From: Octopus vulgaris
Lineage: Eukaryota
Assembly (NCBI GenBank): GCA_951406725.2
Contig: OX597827.1
Coordinates: 63,302,001 to 63,366,000 of the forward strand
Length of the DNA: 64,000 bases
Direction: 5' to 3'
Shown: piece by piece, positions 1 through 12,387 of the stretch
How the letters are laid out: each line of letters starts with the position of its first letter
Numbering within the stretch: the first letter of the stretch is position 1
The notes under the pieces: model-generated
Told to the model about the DNA's origin: nothing
Database searches by the model: none
The model's input: only the letters and a program-made list of their open reading frames with translations
Made by a program: the position numbers and the translations under genes

Positions 1-40
1 ACCAGTAATCACGTGAAACTGGAGGTTTTACTTCAGAGTG

Positions 41-209
41 CATTATTTACATTATTTACATTCGACGGATATTTGTCCTCATCCTGTTTGTTGTTAACAC
101 AACGTTTTCGGCTGATATACCCTCCAGCCTTCTTCAGGTCTCTAGGGGAAATTTCGAACTTGGGTTCTCATTCCTAAGGTATTTTTCGAAGTTGTTGTTG
201 TTGTTGTTG

Positions 210-305
<96 letters not shown>

Positions 306-370
306 TCACTGCCTGGAATTGAACTCGGAGTCCTGGGGTTTGTAGCCCCACTTCGCCATATGCCCACTGG
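41..370 (-). mobile_element. tRNA-headed SINE with (AAT)n linker and hammerhead-bearing tail (copy 1)
   Basis: Minus strand reads: tRNA-like head GGGCATATGGCGAAGTGG..GAGTTCAATTCCAGGCAGTGACCTGA (370-300; A/B boxes), then (AAT/AAC)n 300-191, then a tail 190-41 that also occurs at 32862-33020 and 48868-49020. Confidence 0.75.
96..141 (-). ncRNA. minimal type I hammerhead-like motif
   Basis: agac-CTGAAGA-a-ggctg(10-nt loop)cagcc-GAAA-acg-TT-gtgtt; one stem I mismatch and one extra A relative to the three-copy consensus. Confidence 0.55.
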
Positions 371-385
371 CATATAATAATAATG

Positions 386-460
<75 letters not shown>

Positions 461-598
461 TATGTGTATATGGGTACAGGACTCCAGCAACAGTAAACAA
501 CACGAAGTACGAAAACAACGAGGGCAAAAAAATTGAAAACAGGATAAGTAACACAAAGAACGTCCTTTCATCAGTTGTCGGCTGTCTATCTACTCCTC

Positions 599-655
<57 letters not shown>

Positions 656-1109
656 CATACATACATACATACATACATACATACATAGATACATATGTGC
701 ATGCATGTATACATAAATGCATGCATGCATATATACGTACACACGCATACGCGTATGTGTATGCGTGAATAGTTATGTATTTCTGTATAATACCAGGATA
801 TACTTGTATACGTAAACATATTCCCTATTACGGTTTCTATACTTATTGTTATTTACATTTTCCTCCTCCTCCTCATCATCATCATCACCATCACCGCACG
901 ATCATCATCATCATCACTATTATCCTTCTTCTAATCATTAGCATCAGCGTCGCCGTCGCCGTCGTCGTCGACGTCCTCGTGGATGTCACCACCATCCTCA
1001 TCGTCGTCTAGCAGAAACATTATCACGCCGGGTGAAATGCTTAGCGGCATTTCGTCTGTCTTCTCGCTTTGAGTTCAAATTCCACCATATTGGTAGCTGA
1101 GTGCTGATA

Positions 1110-1740
1110 CTTTGAAGTGCCCTAATTACTATTGGTATCACATCTACTCTCCTCATTCACTACAGACTTCGTATTTCCCCACTTCAAATCATCGTAGTTG
1201 TTCAGTTTTCCTTCTTCTTTCTCTTTCATCCTGTTGTCACCGGGACATTCTACGTCAATTATCAATCATGTTCTTTCTTTTTTTTACCACAACAATATCC
1301 AGTTTCTGATGTTTAGTCAGGTGAACGCGCTGAATCATTGCATCTCACAGGATTTTGCAATTTTCATTCCTGGGGTTTGTTCATACTATACTATTTGTAA
1401 GTCGTGATTTCCACAGAACTCCCAATGGATCATCCTTGCCACATTGTCATGTTGTCTTTTGTGTTCACTTTGTGCCCATTTCGGGCATTCGCTAACAATG
1501 TGCCACACCGTTACACTCCTCTCACCACACATTCTGCGTTTGTCGTTGTCGATAGTTTTGTCGATTCTACGTTACATATAGTTAGTCCTTAACGCTTGTT
1601 CTTGAGCTGCGCATGTAAGCGCTTCTGTCTCTATCTTCAGGTCACTCCACCTCATCCACAGCCACCGGTCTTCTGTCTTACTGTTCATATCACTTGCAAA
1701 CTGATCGTACTTTTTTGTTCTTCCATGCTATTTCTTTTTT
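1110..1740 (-). pseudogene. R4/Dong-like non-LTR retrotransposon 3' fragment (CCHC and RLE endonuclease)
   Basis: Minus-strand translation with stops/frameshifts: HIVSECPKWAQSEHKRQHDNVARMIHWEFCG..KLDIVV..LIIDVECPGD. Confidence 0.75.
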
Positions 1741-1809
1741 TGTGTGTGTGTTATTTCCTCTTTAAGTTTTACTTTCTTAACACACCAGTTTTAATGACGC
1801 CGGCCTTCT

Positions 1810-1885
<76 letters not shown>

Positions 1886-2199
1886 CTTTGGTATCGTTGG
1901 ACGATCTTCCTTGTGCCGCTGGATCCTGTCTGAATGAAGGGTCTACTACCTCGTCGTCTGTTGCCTGACGTCAGTATACGCATGTATACACAAAGAACGC
2001 TCTTGTGCATATATCTATATACGTATAAACACACACACACATGCATATATATATTTATGTATGTATGTACGTATGTATGTATGTATGTATGCACGTATGT
2101 ATGTATTTATATAAAATAGATACATAGGGACACATATACATATACCAGTGTGAATTGTAAAGAACGTACTTGAATGCATTAACCTGGTTATTTCGTTCC

Positions 2200-2300
2200 T
2201 AGCAATGATCACCAAACATTCCCTAGGATCATTATTCAACAGAAGCAATATAACACTTAACTACAGTTCCACCAAAAAGCTAAAGACATTTCATTCAAAC
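2200..2300 (+). pseudogene. possible Penelope-like ORF linker fragment
   Basis: Translates as FLAMITKHSLGSLFNRSNITLNYSSTKKL, resembling the PLE FL..I.KHF..IFNRN.IK.SYS motif; short match. Confidence 0.35.
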
Positions 2301-2369
2301 TACTCATAAAGGTCTTTCTATCTAACTCCCTCTGTCTCTCTCACTATCTATCTATCTATCTATCTAACG

Positions 2370-2437
<68 letters not shown>

Positions 2438-2523
2438 GTCTAACGATCTATGTATCTATCTATGTATATATCTGTCTGTCTATCTATCTTTCTAACTATC
2501 TCTCTCTCTCTCTCTCTCTCTCG

Positions 2524-2567
<44 letters not shown>

Positions 2568-2677
2568 TTGTACACACACACATATGTATATACACACCCA
2601 TCCATACATATATGTATATATGCATATATACACTCACAACATATAGATAGATATAGATAGATACTTGCGTACGTACA

Positions 2678-2724
<47 letters not shown>

Positions 2725-2729
2725 TTAAA

Positions 2730-3125
2730 TTATGCTGCATTTATTTCTAAATGCTGTATTTGTTTTCCGTGAGAGTTTGGCGCGCTGTTGGTTGGGGCAT
2801 TTGAATTATAACGTCGGATGTAATCAATTGAACCACACGCGTATTTATCGTTATGGTAAAATCTGGCGTGTGATTGAGTGGATTTCATCCAGATAGTCTT
2901 GGCTGACGAGCTACAAATGGATTTCTTGTAAGTAATATTACATTTAATTCATTAATAGCGAAACAATTGTCCCAAAATAATCTGTATTTTTGTTATTTTT
3001 TATTTGCCCTGTCCGTGTGAGCTAACAGTCGTACTGGCTTTCATGGGAAACATGTATTTTCGTGGTTGAAACCTTTTTGGATTAACTGGTGCTAGAGTGA
3101 GCATTATAGTGACCACTCTCTTATA
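2730..3125 (+). mobile_element. solo pseudo-LTR or retrozyme-like element inserted in (TA)n
   Basis: About 400 bp of non-repetitive sequence flanked by (TA)n on both sides and containing a complete HHR core. Confidence 0.55.
2899..2975 (+). ncRNA. type I hammerhead ribozyme with intact core
   Basis: ttgg-CTGACGA-gcta(42-nt loop)tagc-GAAA-caattg-TC-ccaa; stems I and II pair, stem III is palindromic, GUC triplet ends at 2971. Confidence 0.75.
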
Positions 3126-3202
3126 TTTATTTTATATATATATATATATATATACACTTATATATATATACATAAAGATATATATATACAACTTTACTTT
3201 GT

Positions 3203-3233
<31 letters not shown>

Positions 3234-3366
3234 TTTTTTTCTTTCTTTTCACCGACCAGTCCATCAGATGTAGTTACACATCGCTGGTCACAATGCGTTC
3301 GCATTGTTTTAGCCTTCAAATGACGCCACCCCGCTAAATAAGCGAGCAGGCCATATATATATATAT

Positions 3367-4525
3367 ATGAACCTCATAATGGGTTACTTCGAACTGTCAC
3401 TCTATGAAATATCAAGCCAGAAATTTGGACATGTTTTCCACACCTACCTAATGGAAAACTGGAAAAGGTATTTAGATGATTGTTTCATTATATGGAAAGA
3501 ACCTTATGAAAAACTCCTGGAATTCAAACCCATACTAAACAACATACATCCCAACATCCAATTCACTATGGAATTAAGCAAACATCATCTCCCATTCCTT
3601 GATCTCCTAATTATAAAAACACCTAAGAACGAAATCATAACAGACATCTACCACAAACCTACAGACTCACAACAATACCTCCTCTTTAGTTCATGCCACC
3701 CAAAACACACCAAGACAAATATCCCTTTCAATTTAGCTAAAAGGGTATGCACCATTGTCTCGGATCCAAAAACACGAGAAATACGCCTTCAAGACCTCAA
3801 AAAAACACTATTACAACGTCAATATCCCTCCACCCTTATAGAGTATGGAATAAAACGCGCCAAAGAACTAGACAACACTACACTGAAAACCACCCAACCT
3901 AACACCACACACAACCTCAAAATACTTCCATACATTTCCACCCACAACCCCAAAAATATCGAAGCATACACCACAATCATACAAAACCTCAGTCTACTGT
4001 CAACAGACCCAAAAATGAAAAACATTATAAATACACACAAAATCCTCAAATGCAAAAGGCAACACAAATCTTTAAAAAAACTCTTGACAAATGCCAAACT
4101 TCACACACCACATCCGCCCCCAACAGTAAAAAAATGTGCACGCTCAAACTGTGGTACCTGCCCCTTTCTACTTGAAGGCTCTGAATTTACCTTCAAACAA
4201 GGTACGAAGTTTAAAATCAAGACTAACTTCTCCTGTTCCTCCGAGAACCTTATCTACGTTCTCACATGCGCTGTTGCCAACATAATTATGTTGGACAAAC
4301 GAGTCTCCCGTTACGTAAACGAGTAACGGTGCATAAAGAACAAATAAATCTCCCGGAATACCGACAAATTCCACTGAGTGACCACTTAGACTCATGTGCT
4401 AAAGACTTAAACCCCAAATTCTATATATTCCCCTTCTACCAATGTAAAGACGGATCACCACACAGGAGAGAATTAACAAGGAGAATCTCTTTATTGAAAA
4501 ATTCCAAACACAACTTAATATGCAA
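3367..4525 (+). pseudogene. 5'-truncated Penelope-like (Neptune-type) retroelement ORF: RT C-terminus, thumb, Zn linker and GIY-YIG endonuclease
   Basis: RYLDD RT motif, QFTME..LPFLD, YHKPTDSQQYLLFSSCHP, CARSNCGTC linker, NLIYVLTC then a frameshift to NYVGQT..RVTVH..SDHL; the ATG is supplied by the (TA)n flank. Confidence 0.92.
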
Positions 4526-5167
4526 ACTCCTCGTTGATCAAACTTCCTTTCTCTACCTCACTCTTCATGGATGGACTAACACAAATATATAAAGATACCA
4601 TGCATTCATCACTTCAAGCTAAAACTTATATTCTTTAAATATCATTTTTACTATTGTTGTTATTACTATCATTTTTATTATAAATGATATGACAATTTGA
4701 AATGCAATTGTCTATGCAGATTTATATAATTAGAAAATAATATAAATAAAGTGTTAAAATCTGAAAGTTAAGTTAACAAGCAATTATATAAAAAAAGATA
4801 ACGCAAATGAAGCTAAAATGATAATTTTATAATTTGGGTTTTATTGAAGAACTCAAAAGAGTTGTCTCCCCTTACTCACAACACAGGAACTGAAGAACCA
4901 GGACCACAATTACTACTAACTTCCTGTCCTGCAAACATGCTGAATTTAACAACACAACACATGCTCTTAATCTCTTTGGATCTTAACACCTCAAGGTAAT
5001 TTTTTCGTAAACAACCATAAAACTCAAGATACACAACGAACTCACAATGTATCGGAGAACTTATTTTTTAATTTTTGTACATTTTTACCATTATTCTTTT
5101 ACAAAAAACAATGCAATTTTCTTTTTTTCCCCTTTCTAATTTTTAAAAAAACTTTTTAAAACATAAA

Positions 5168-5208
5168 TATTCTTGACAAGTCATACAATGACGAAAACCG
5201 GTTGAATA
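5168..5208 (+). ncRNA. degenerate hammerhead in the PLE 3' pseudo-LTR
   Basis: tattc-TTGACAA-gtca tacaa tgac-GAAA-accggtt-gaata; stems intact, core mutated; lies downstream of the PLE ORF. Confidence 0.55.
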
Positions 5209-5535
5209 AATATACATTTATATATTTTATCAATTTCTCATTTTATTAAAATTTTCTTTCATTTGAGCATTCTGCATTTAAAAAAAAAAAAAAAAAAAAA
5301 AATTTCCTTACTCATTTCTCCACGTGCGGTCAACACAACCCCACCATTTATTGATCTATATATATATATATATATACTTTACTTTGTTTCATATATATAT
5401 ATATATACGCACACATACACACACACATTGTTGTATTTCGGGATAATCATTTTTTTTTTACAAATAAACACACCCACTATATATATATTCGCTCTTCACT
5501 TGTTTATTATTATTCTTAATTTAACTTATGTCCTT

Positions 5536-5580
5536 TGTCCGGAAATCTTTCGCTACACATCTGTGACGTCTTTAGCGACA
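5536..5580 (-). ncRNA. degenerate hammerhead-like motif
   Basis: tgtcg-CTAAAGA-c-gtcaca gatg tgtagc-GAAA-gatt-TC-cggaca. Confidence 0.4.
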
Positions 5581-5649
5581 CTTTCCAGCGCTTAAATGAA
5601 TCTTGCATGAAAGGAAGTATTGTATGAGATAACAGTATTTGAAGAAGGG

Positions 5650-7328
5650 GAAGTCGATTTTCGAAAGATATTTATATCTGCAGGGCAGCTGACCTCTATG
5701 ATGGTACACACCTTTGACCTTCTGTCCCAAACAGCTATATTCGGCTTGGTATGTTTACATTTGACAGAGGCTTTGATGGAAATATTCCACTAGTATTCCT
5801 TGAGTTGGTGTTTATGAATGTATTCTATAACAGAGAGATTTTCTAAGTTTATTTCAGGACAGTTTTTTTTTGCGGACGGCATTGTAAATTGTTTTAGCAA
5901 CAACATCGTACCGCATAGGGAGGTAGCACCGTAACGACATTTTAGGACAGCTGCTAATCACATGTGTGATGTCTTCCACCGAAACATGACATGGCCTACA
6001 CATGCGGTTGAACCTTGTTGCTGCTGTTATTTAGCAGGTGCTGCCTGAATGATACCTTACGGGATTCGAAGGACGTCTGCACAGATCTCAGTCCTCTATC
6101 ATCTTCATTTCTTCTTAGATAAAGCCTGTCAATATCGCTGTTTCTGCGGAAGTTCCCAGTTGTTGTCAGGATTTTGCTGGTTTTGATATCTGTGTAATGG
6201 ATTTCCACTGCAGACCAATCTAGTATCCTAAATGTTGGGATCAGCACTGCAAAAGCATTGTGAGATATTGTTTTGTTGTAAGAGGAGAGTTCCGACTACC
6301 ATATTTTCCTAAGTCTGGTGTAATATTCTCGGGTCACTCTATCTTTATTCACATTGATACATTTTCGTCTATGCCTGGGTACTTGTAACACTCTTTGTGT
6401 GGAACAGGGGAGACTGTTGATGCACAGGTTTTGGGTTTGAGGGACTGACGTTCCTCGTTCTATAAACAAATGTGAACATTTCCTTTGGCCAAATTCCATG
6501 CCTATATCAGCTGAAAATGTTATTAATTCCAGTTGTTCTTTGGCATTGTTAACACTTTAAGCATAAATCTTGAGGTCCTCTACAAAGAAATTATGAGTTA
6601 CTGCTAGATATTTCTAGCAGTTTGAAGATCCAAACATGTAACAATTTGGGTCCTTTCCAGGTGCCTTACCATTCTGCAGTTTGCCTACTGTTATAGTAAA
6701 GGTTTCTGCATCAATTTTGTATGTTTTACTGTTAGTGTTGGTACAGTATTCTCTCTCAATTGTATTTAACCATGATGCATTCAGGTTGAAATCCCTCTTT
6801 TCGTTCCAAACCTCTCTTAATGGTAATGTTTTCCTTCCTCATCTCTCTGTATAATGCTTGTGAGTTGGAAGCAAACTTGCTATTGATACTGGCTCGTTCC
6901 AAAATTCGCATGCGATAGCGGAGTTTCTCGCTCATCATCTTGAGTTCATGTTTTAAAGTGATTAGCTTTCCCTCAAGAGCTCGGTGTGAAGAGTCGCCAT
7001 AAAGTTTCGCTAATTTTGTCTAAGGTAGAGTTGATGAGGTGTAAACTCATTTTTCTTCTTACATTTTATTGTTGTAGTTAACCACACAATATGGCGACGC
7101 ACGTTGTTGATGTTTCCTTCAAGTTTTATTTTCCTTCTAATATTTTACTCTTTTACTTGTTTCAGTTATTTGACTGCAGCCATGCTGGAGCACCGCCTTT
7201 AGTCGAGGAAATCGAACCCAGGACTTATTCTTTGTAATCCTGTTCTATCGGTCTCCTTTGCCGAACCGGTAAGTTACGGGGACGTAAACACACCAGCATC
7301 GGTTGGGGGGACAAACACAGACACACAA

Positions 7329-7404
<76 letters not shown>

Positions 7405-7870
7405 CACTCTTCTTTCAGTTTCCGTCTACCAAATCCACTCACAAGGCTTTGGTCGGCCCGAAGCTATAGTAGAAGACACTTTCCCAAGGTGCCACGCAGT
7501 GGGACTTACCACATAGCCACTCCTACGCCTATACGTTGTTTCCATTTAGTAATTTCACTGTAGATTTCTCCAAGGAATTCCTTAAGAGTAACAGCGGCTG
7601 TGTATATAAGAGTATTTATACTCCAGTAATTAACCTCACATGGTTCCATGTGCTCTCCAGTGACATCGTTGATAACTTGAAACATTAGATCGGTCGGATT
7701 TCTTCTCACTCTTGTTGGGAATGGTCTGTAGCTTAACGAAAGCTTCGAGAAAGTAGCAACATTTTTTTGCAAATTGCCATTTTAAAATGTTTTTGAGTTG
7801 GATGTATTCCGCAGTCTTTGCTACTGAGTCAGCTAAATTTAGAGACACACTGGAATTTAGCGATGGCGAG
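5650..7870 (-). pseudogene. R4/Dong-like non-LTR retrotransposon relic (RT and RLE), interrupted by a SINE
   Basis: MEFGQRKCS, DIDRLYLRRNEDDRGL, EDITHVISSCP and WWNISIK..KHTKPNIAV..IIEVSCP motifs with many disablements. Confidence 0.8.
7146..7530 (-). mobile_element. SINE family A (tRNA head, CORE-like segment, internal (TA)/(TG)n, (AAAGAGT)n tail)
   Basis: Matches copies at 14453, 30124, 43047, 55107 and 61401; contains TGCGTGGCACCTTGGG(C/A)AAGT. Confidence 0.85.
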
Positions 7871-8015
7871 AGCACAAATGTATATGTGCGTACATATAGA
7901 TATATTCATGTTTCTATATGTATTTAAGTGTTTGAATGTGCATATATATATCTGTGCGTAGATTGTATGTATATCTCTATGTCTTTTTCTTTCCATTTAT
8001 ATATATATATGTGTA

Positions 8016-8047
<32 letters not shown>

Positions 8048-8467
8048 GCTGGTTATTATATATTTTCCCCTATATTCTGAGAGCTGGAATGAACTAGTAC
8101 TATCGCTAGCGGACGAGTATCCACCACTGAGAATGAGCGCATAGAATTCGAAACCGTAGGAGCTGGTGGTCCCGTCGATGGAAGTTGGTCGGGGTTCGCT
8201 CCCCTGCTTGAAATATATATCAAGTGCAGATTGCATTGAATAACCAGATGGAAGGGGTGCCCCCCCCCCCCAGCTTAAAATGGTATAACGTCGGTCCTTG
8301 CGGAACAAGCATGTTGAGGTGGCGACAGACATTACTTATATGTATGTATGCATGTCTGTATAAATGCATGTATGTGTGTATGTATATGTGGATGTATATA
8401 TGTTTATATGTATACATATATTTATCTATCAATCTACATCGATATATTACGCATATATATATATATG

Positions 8468-8505
<38 letters not shown>

Positions 8506-8621
8506 AACGCACACATATATAAACACATACACACAAACACCACAGACATACACATACACACAAGCATATATCTGTGTTCGCAAACAAGTATGTGAATACA
8601 CATGCACATAAGCGCTCACAT

Positions 8622-8652
<31 letters not shown>

Positions 8653-8714
8653 CACGCATGCATACATACATTCATACATACATACATACATGGCTGTATA
8701 TATATATATCTATA

Positions 8715-8824
<110 letters not shown>

Positions 8825-9074
8825 CATACAAAAAAATTCACCCATATACAATCCACTTAAGTTGACACTCCTAAGAAATATTGAACACTACAGAAGATGC
8901 CTCAGCCTATGAGGTATGTAACACCGCCATTAACCTCACCAACGTCACCACCACTCCACCGAATACCGCCATTGCTATCACTACGTTCGCTTTCGACGTC
9001 ATCGCCGCCATTGCCATCGGCTATGTCAGCAATTGTACCACACCAGTCTGGAATGCCTACCATTAAAACTAACT

Positions 9075-9134
<60 letters not shown>

Positions 9135-9354
9135 CACTACTTACTACTACTATTACTACTGCCACTGCTGCTGCTGCTGCTTTATTTGTAAGGACAGACA
9201 TCACAAAATACATAGAACAAACGCTAAATCAAATTATTCAGCTAGCTTTTGATGAGGAATTTGCTTATGGAAAGTTAGTTTACCAAACAGACACAAACAT
9301 ACGCATATCATATATTATACATGCATACATACGTACACACACAGACACACACAT

Positions 9355-9402
<48 letters not shown>

Positions 9403-9736
9403 CTATGTATATACACATATATATATACGAACATACATACTTACATATGTGTATGTATATATATAATACATTCATATATTTACAGGAAAGGTATACATAT
9501 ACAATGCTCACATACAGAGGAACACGCCAGTACACACATACACACGCACACATGTATACTGTATAGATGTATATATATACACACACACATATCTGTATGT
9601 CTATATATATATTATATATATATATATGTATATATATATATACGCAATTCATTATCCATTATATATAAACGTATACGTACGTACGTATTTGTGTGAATAA
9701 TGTATGTGGATATGTGGGTGGATGTGGGTGTATATA

Positions 9737-9800
<64 letters not shown>

Positions 9801-9915
9801 TATTTAAACATACATATACATGCGATGCAGTGTGTGTATGTATGTCTGTGTGTCTGCATATGCGTATGCTTGTGCGTACTTGTGTGTGTGTGTCTGTGTC
9901 TGTGTGTGTGTGTGT

Positions 9916-9959
<44 letters not shown>

Positions 9960-10213
9960 CTGAGTGTGTAGGTTACAAACATAAAACTCATTATACAAGC
10001 ATATACCATCGTCTCTTTCTCTCGAAAGCAGTGTCAACGGAGACACAGCGTTGACATAGATGGTCATAATTTGAGTGATGGCAGTAAAGATGCTGTTTGC
10101 TTTTGATACTCTGATATGCAGTGGCTTGGTTTTAATATGGTGTCGTTGTTGTCGCTGCAGAAGAGGTGGTGGTGGTGATGGTAGTAGTGGTGATTCTTCT
10201 TCTTCTTCTGCTT

Positions 10214-10319
<106 letters not shown>

Positions 10320-10769
10320 TATGTTTGACTTTTGCTTTATGTCTGTAGAAGTTGGCTCCAAGTCTCACCCAGAGACCTCAAGAGACAACAGGTTGGAAGT
10401 TCTGTGCCATATATTTGGGGTTTTTTTTTGTTTTTTTTTTGTGTTGTACTAGTGAATGTCTAATACATAAAAATGAAATTAAAATTAAAATTAAATATTA
10501 TTATTATTATTATTAGTAGTAGTAGTAGCAGTAGTAGTAGTAGTATCATTATTATTATTGTTATTATTAGCATCTTCTTTCAATTCTGTTTCAATTTCTT
10601 GCCGAGTGTCTTCCTGGCACCTAGGGTAGAGAAATGTACTTTAAACATTGGTAGACCATTAAAATAAACACACCAGTTTGTTCATTTACAGAGTCATGTG
10701 ATAGAGTCATTTACAGAGTCGTGTGATAGAAAAAAATGAGACACCCCATTATTATTATTATTACTATTA

Positions 10770-11250
10770 TTGAGTGAGAGAGCAGTTCATGCCATCAAAG
10801 TGACACTGGGGTAAAATATACGAAGCCCAATATACCCATCATGACTACCCGTCTGATAAAGGTACACCAGGCACATGCATCACAACCATATGTGCGCGAC
10901 ATGGTGATCTCATATCAAGATAAACAGCACATGACCTTGCAGGTGGGGCCCAGTTAGAATTTTCTTCAGGTTGAGTAGCCCATCCCGCTCAAACGGTCCC
11001 TGAATAAGGGTTGTTTAAGGATGTTGAAAGAACCACCCATGTTTCCAGAGGTGAACTATCCAAACCCCAAAGAATCCCTCTCAACACATGGCTATGATGC
11101 TCCCCCACTACTTCTGCTCGTGATCAGAGATGCACATATCGTCAGCCACTAAGGGACATGCTCAACTGGTTAAGGTCAAACAACTGACAAGCAAATCTGT
11201 GGTATTGAGCAGAATATTTGCTGTAGCCCATCTTTTATACCAAGACAAAA
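10770..11250. mobile_element. non-coding interspersed repeat family E inserted in (ATT)n
   Basis: Near-identical copy with an internal deletion at 23807-24146 and an inverted partial copy at about 42230-42400; flanked by (ATT)n on both sides. Confidence 0.75.
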
Positions 11251-11276
11251 CAATTATTATTATTATTATTATTATT

Positions 11277-11310
<34 letters not shown>

Positions 11311-11311
11311 C

Positions 11312-11362
<51 letters not shown>

Positions 11363-12387
11363 GTTGGGAGAACATTCACTGACAAAATTCCATAATGCAG
11401 CACGGAATTCTGTCAGTGAACAGGTCGCGGTTTCGAAGCGACGAAAATATTTTGACAATTTAAATTCAAATGTTGAAGTCAATCTAACGGTTTTTGTATG
11501 TTTTTAAAATGGCTTAGAAACACGCTGCAATTACTGTTATATTTTATATAATTTAATATAATACCTTTGCTCAGTTTGCTTTTAAATTTAACTAACATCG
11601 TTATAATAATTGTCTCATCTTCCCTTGTTATGGCCTTTATAATACTTTGTAATTCGTCATAATCTTATAAATCCTTTTAAAATTTTTAAACATTTTTTGG
11701 CCTTTGTAATTCTTTATCATATCTTGTATATGCTTTTAATATTTTCTTAACATTACTCATAATTTTAAATTTTAGTCGTAATCTAACCCACCAACTATAA
11801 GATTTTAACTGATTTACGTCATTCTCAATATGATTGTAGCAATATTAGTCAATAGAAATATTAAGATTCATGACTTTTTCGCGTCTTCATTTTTGTGTGT
11901 GTATTTTCGGAATATCAGTTCTGTTTTTCCTTCTGTATTATTTCTGACCTTTCAACTCGTAATTTCATTACAGCTATATAACTAATCTCCCCAAATTTCG
12001 ATATTTAACAAATTTATACATCTATATCTTCATGTTGATATTTATTATTGCCAAAACTACTTTCATTAGTCTAGTGTACACATTTATTTTTTAATGTCAA
12101 TGCCGTCTTCACATCAAATTGTTGACAATTTTTTCTCCATTTGCTTTATGCAATTCTGTTTCTATTTAGGTATTTACATGTTAAGATTACATCCTATTGC
12201 GATTATGGCTATCTCTATATATTAATTATTTTCTTTTCCTTTCCTTCCTCAAATTTGTTTCCCTTTCCCTTCTCGGAAATTTTCAACGTTATTCTCTGCG
12301 CTTTTCCTTAAATTAATTTTCCTAAATTATAACTAGCTGGATTTCCTTTAATTAAAGTTAATATTCTATTTGTTATGCAATAAATAA

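Noticed and set aside
560-600. CTGATGA on the minus strand (574-568) as a hammerhead
   Set aside because: No GAAA or stem III partner in this copy; truncated by (GATA)n
11100-11200. HDV-like ribozyme in family E (minus strand)
   Set aside because: Only partial P1/P3 pairing; the G+1 and P1.1 GG could not be placed
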